Positions 62,154-64,000 of a stretch of DNA of 64,000 nucleotides are shown here, piece after piece. The notes under the pieces were generated by a model. The model had not been told where the DNA came from. It ran no database searches and saw nothing but the letters and a program-made list of their open reading frames with translations. This DNA is from Macrostomum hystrix. Taxonomy: Eukaryota; Animalia; Platyhelminthes. The position numbers were made by a program, and so were the translations under genes. Each line of letters opens with the position of its first letter. The first letter of the stretch is position 1. The stretch lies in NCBI GenBank assembly GCA_950097015.1, contig CATNEN010000002.1, forward strand, positions 2,790,001-2,854,000, read 5' to 3'.

Positions 62154-62412
62154 AGTCTGTATTTGAGGCTGTAGATTCTGTATTAGAGTCTGTATTTGAG
62201 CCTGTAGAGTCTGTATTTGAGCCTGTAGAGTCTGTATCTGAGCCTGTAGAGTCTGTATTTGAGCCTGTAGAGTCTGTATTTGAGCCTGTAGAGTCTGTAT
62301 TTGAGCCTGTAGAGTCTGTATTTGAGCCTGTAGAGTCTGTATTTGAGCCTGTAGAGTCTGTATTTGAGCCTGTAGAGTCTGTATTTGAGGCTGTAGAGTC
62401 TGTATTTGAGGC
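62149..62412. repeat. Minisatellite, 21 bp (ctgtagagtctgtatttgagc), starting at the MMD stop codon
   Basis: The first unit contains the TAG stop (62151-62153). Confidence 0.92.
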
Positions 62413-62474
62413 TATCTACTGTATTTAAAGCGGTTAATTGTGAATTCGCATAGTCTGTACTGGAGGCTGCGATA

Positions 62475-62830
62475 CAGTCTGTAGAGAAGCCTGTGTGTGC
62501 TGTATAACAGACTTCAGTGTCTGTAGTAGAAGCCTGTGTGTGCTGTATAACAGACTTCAGTGTCTGTAGTAGAAGCCTGTGTGTGCTGTATCACAGACTT
62601 CAGTGTCTGTAGTAGAAGCCTGTGTGTGCTGTATAACAGACTTTAGTGTCTGTAGTAGAAGCCTGTGTGTGCTGTATAACAGACTTCTGTGTCTGTAGTA
62701 GAAGCCTGTGTGTGCTGTATAACAGACTTCAGTGTCTGTAGTAGAAGCCTGTGTGTGCTGTATAACAGACTTCAGTGTCTGTAGTAGAAGCCTGTGTATG
62801 CTGTATAACAGGCTTAGATTTCTGTAGTGC
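62475..62830. repeat. Minisatellite, 43 bp (ctgtagtagaagcctgtgtgtgctgtataacagacttcagtgt)
   Basis: About 8 tandem copies. Confidence 0.92.
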
Positions 62831-63714
62831 TTACATTCGAATGTACAGTACTTTTTCGCGCGCTGGTCACAATATGCAATATGCAATTATATGTTTACCC
62901 ATTTCAACCTGCTTTTCTACAATAACTGTGTCTGCTTTCTATGCAAAGAACAAATTCTATTTTTAGATTTTGCGAGTTTTTTCGATGTCCTACTTGTTAG
63001 AATATTGTATTAGCAGTTGGCATTAAATTCCTTGAGCTTGCGACACAGCTGCAGTAAAAAGTTGTTGTGTCACATTTCTACTAAGTCACTTAAAAATGCT
63101 TTATTTACTATTTTTGAAAAAGTTTTTGTCTATTGAAGAACAAAATTTTATTTATGAGTACTTGAAGGAATTGCACTATTCATATTTAGATTTTTAATTG
63201 TGATCTAGTCTGATAACTTTTTTGTCTAGTCGGCAAATTGTTGGCTTTTTTGTACTAAACCCTTTCTTTTATAATTTACACACGTTGCACTGTGGCTTAA
63301 CAGGACCCATGCTTTTATTCATGCTTCTCGTGATTTAAAAGTTTCACGCATCTATGTTAATAATTCTTAGTGTTGTTTGCTTTTTTCTATACATATCGTA
63401 TCTCTAGTTCTACTAAAATCTACTTAATAAAGCTAAGCTCATCATTTTTATATACTCCACAGAATAATATACGTCCGCTCTCTTTTTTGTTGTCACACTG
63501 CGTGCATGGTTTGTGATAGCAGTGGACAACAATGTTCTGATGTTCTATTTTATCTTGTGGTCACAAGTCATGTGGTTTTATATTGCTTCAACGCTAACAA
63601 AGTTAAATACCCAACTTGATTATATCACATAAAAAATAAACAATTTTATAGCCTCGTTTCAAATTATCGCATGAGCTTTTTGCTTCATGACGCACAGAAT
63701 GCGCAATTTGACGT

Positions 63715-63958
63715 CTAGCTCCTAGTTACAATGATGAAGTCGCAGTCGCTGTTTTCTTCCCAGTACCTAGCTTGCCGCAAGCGCGTTGGCGCATAAACAG
63801 GCGGGGCCAAGCGCCTTTGCATCCTGCCATTTGGGTCATAATTCGCCCAATATAGGCCGCCTTCCCGAAAGGCACGAGCGAACAGCGCCGACACTGGAAT
63901 CAGCAGTGGCGGATCAAATGGTCGACGGCTTCGGGAAGCCCGCAATCCGAGCAGGCGT
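63715..63958 (-). CDS. Possible terminal coding exon of an unidentified minus-strand gene extending beyond the window
   Basis: GC-rich open frame RLLGLRASRSRRPFDPPLLIP..GGLYWANYD..YWEENSDCDFIIVTRS* preceded by the acceptor-like ccttactcag. AT-rich sequence follows. No family recognised. Confidence 0.4.
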
Positions 63959-64000
63959 CTGAGTAAGGTAGAGGGCGACGAATTCGGGCCTGTTGCGGCC

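Overview
Eukaryotic (invertebrate animal) genomic DNA with GC-rich spliced exons and introns packed with many unrelated 13-45 bp minisatellites (about 30% of the window by hand tally). This architecture resembles the flatworm Macrostomum, but that is an inference. Five genes could be reconstructed with phase-consistent splice sites: the 3' part of an AADAC/NCEH1-like esterase (+), a small two-Ig-domain protein (+), a 17-exon SOGA/MTCL1-family coiled-coil gene (-, 9359-34050), a Ski/SnoN gene (+) and an MMD/PAQR gene (+) with a GC-AG intron. There is also a possible terminal exon of a sixth gene at the right edge. Mobile DNA comprises an intact maT-like Tc1/mariner element with DD38D spacing, a near full-length APE-RT-RNaseH LINE, a solo LTR, a foldback-type MITE with a 9-bp TSD, and smaller remnants. 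The most unusual structure is the LINE junction. The element is flanked by a duplication of at least 400 bp (minisatellite plus the 3' end of a host exon and its splice donor), so an insertion whose 5' junction falls inside a coding exon leaves the SOGA gene intact. Most long ORFs in the supplied track are artefacts of tandem repeats. Array boundaries are approximate.
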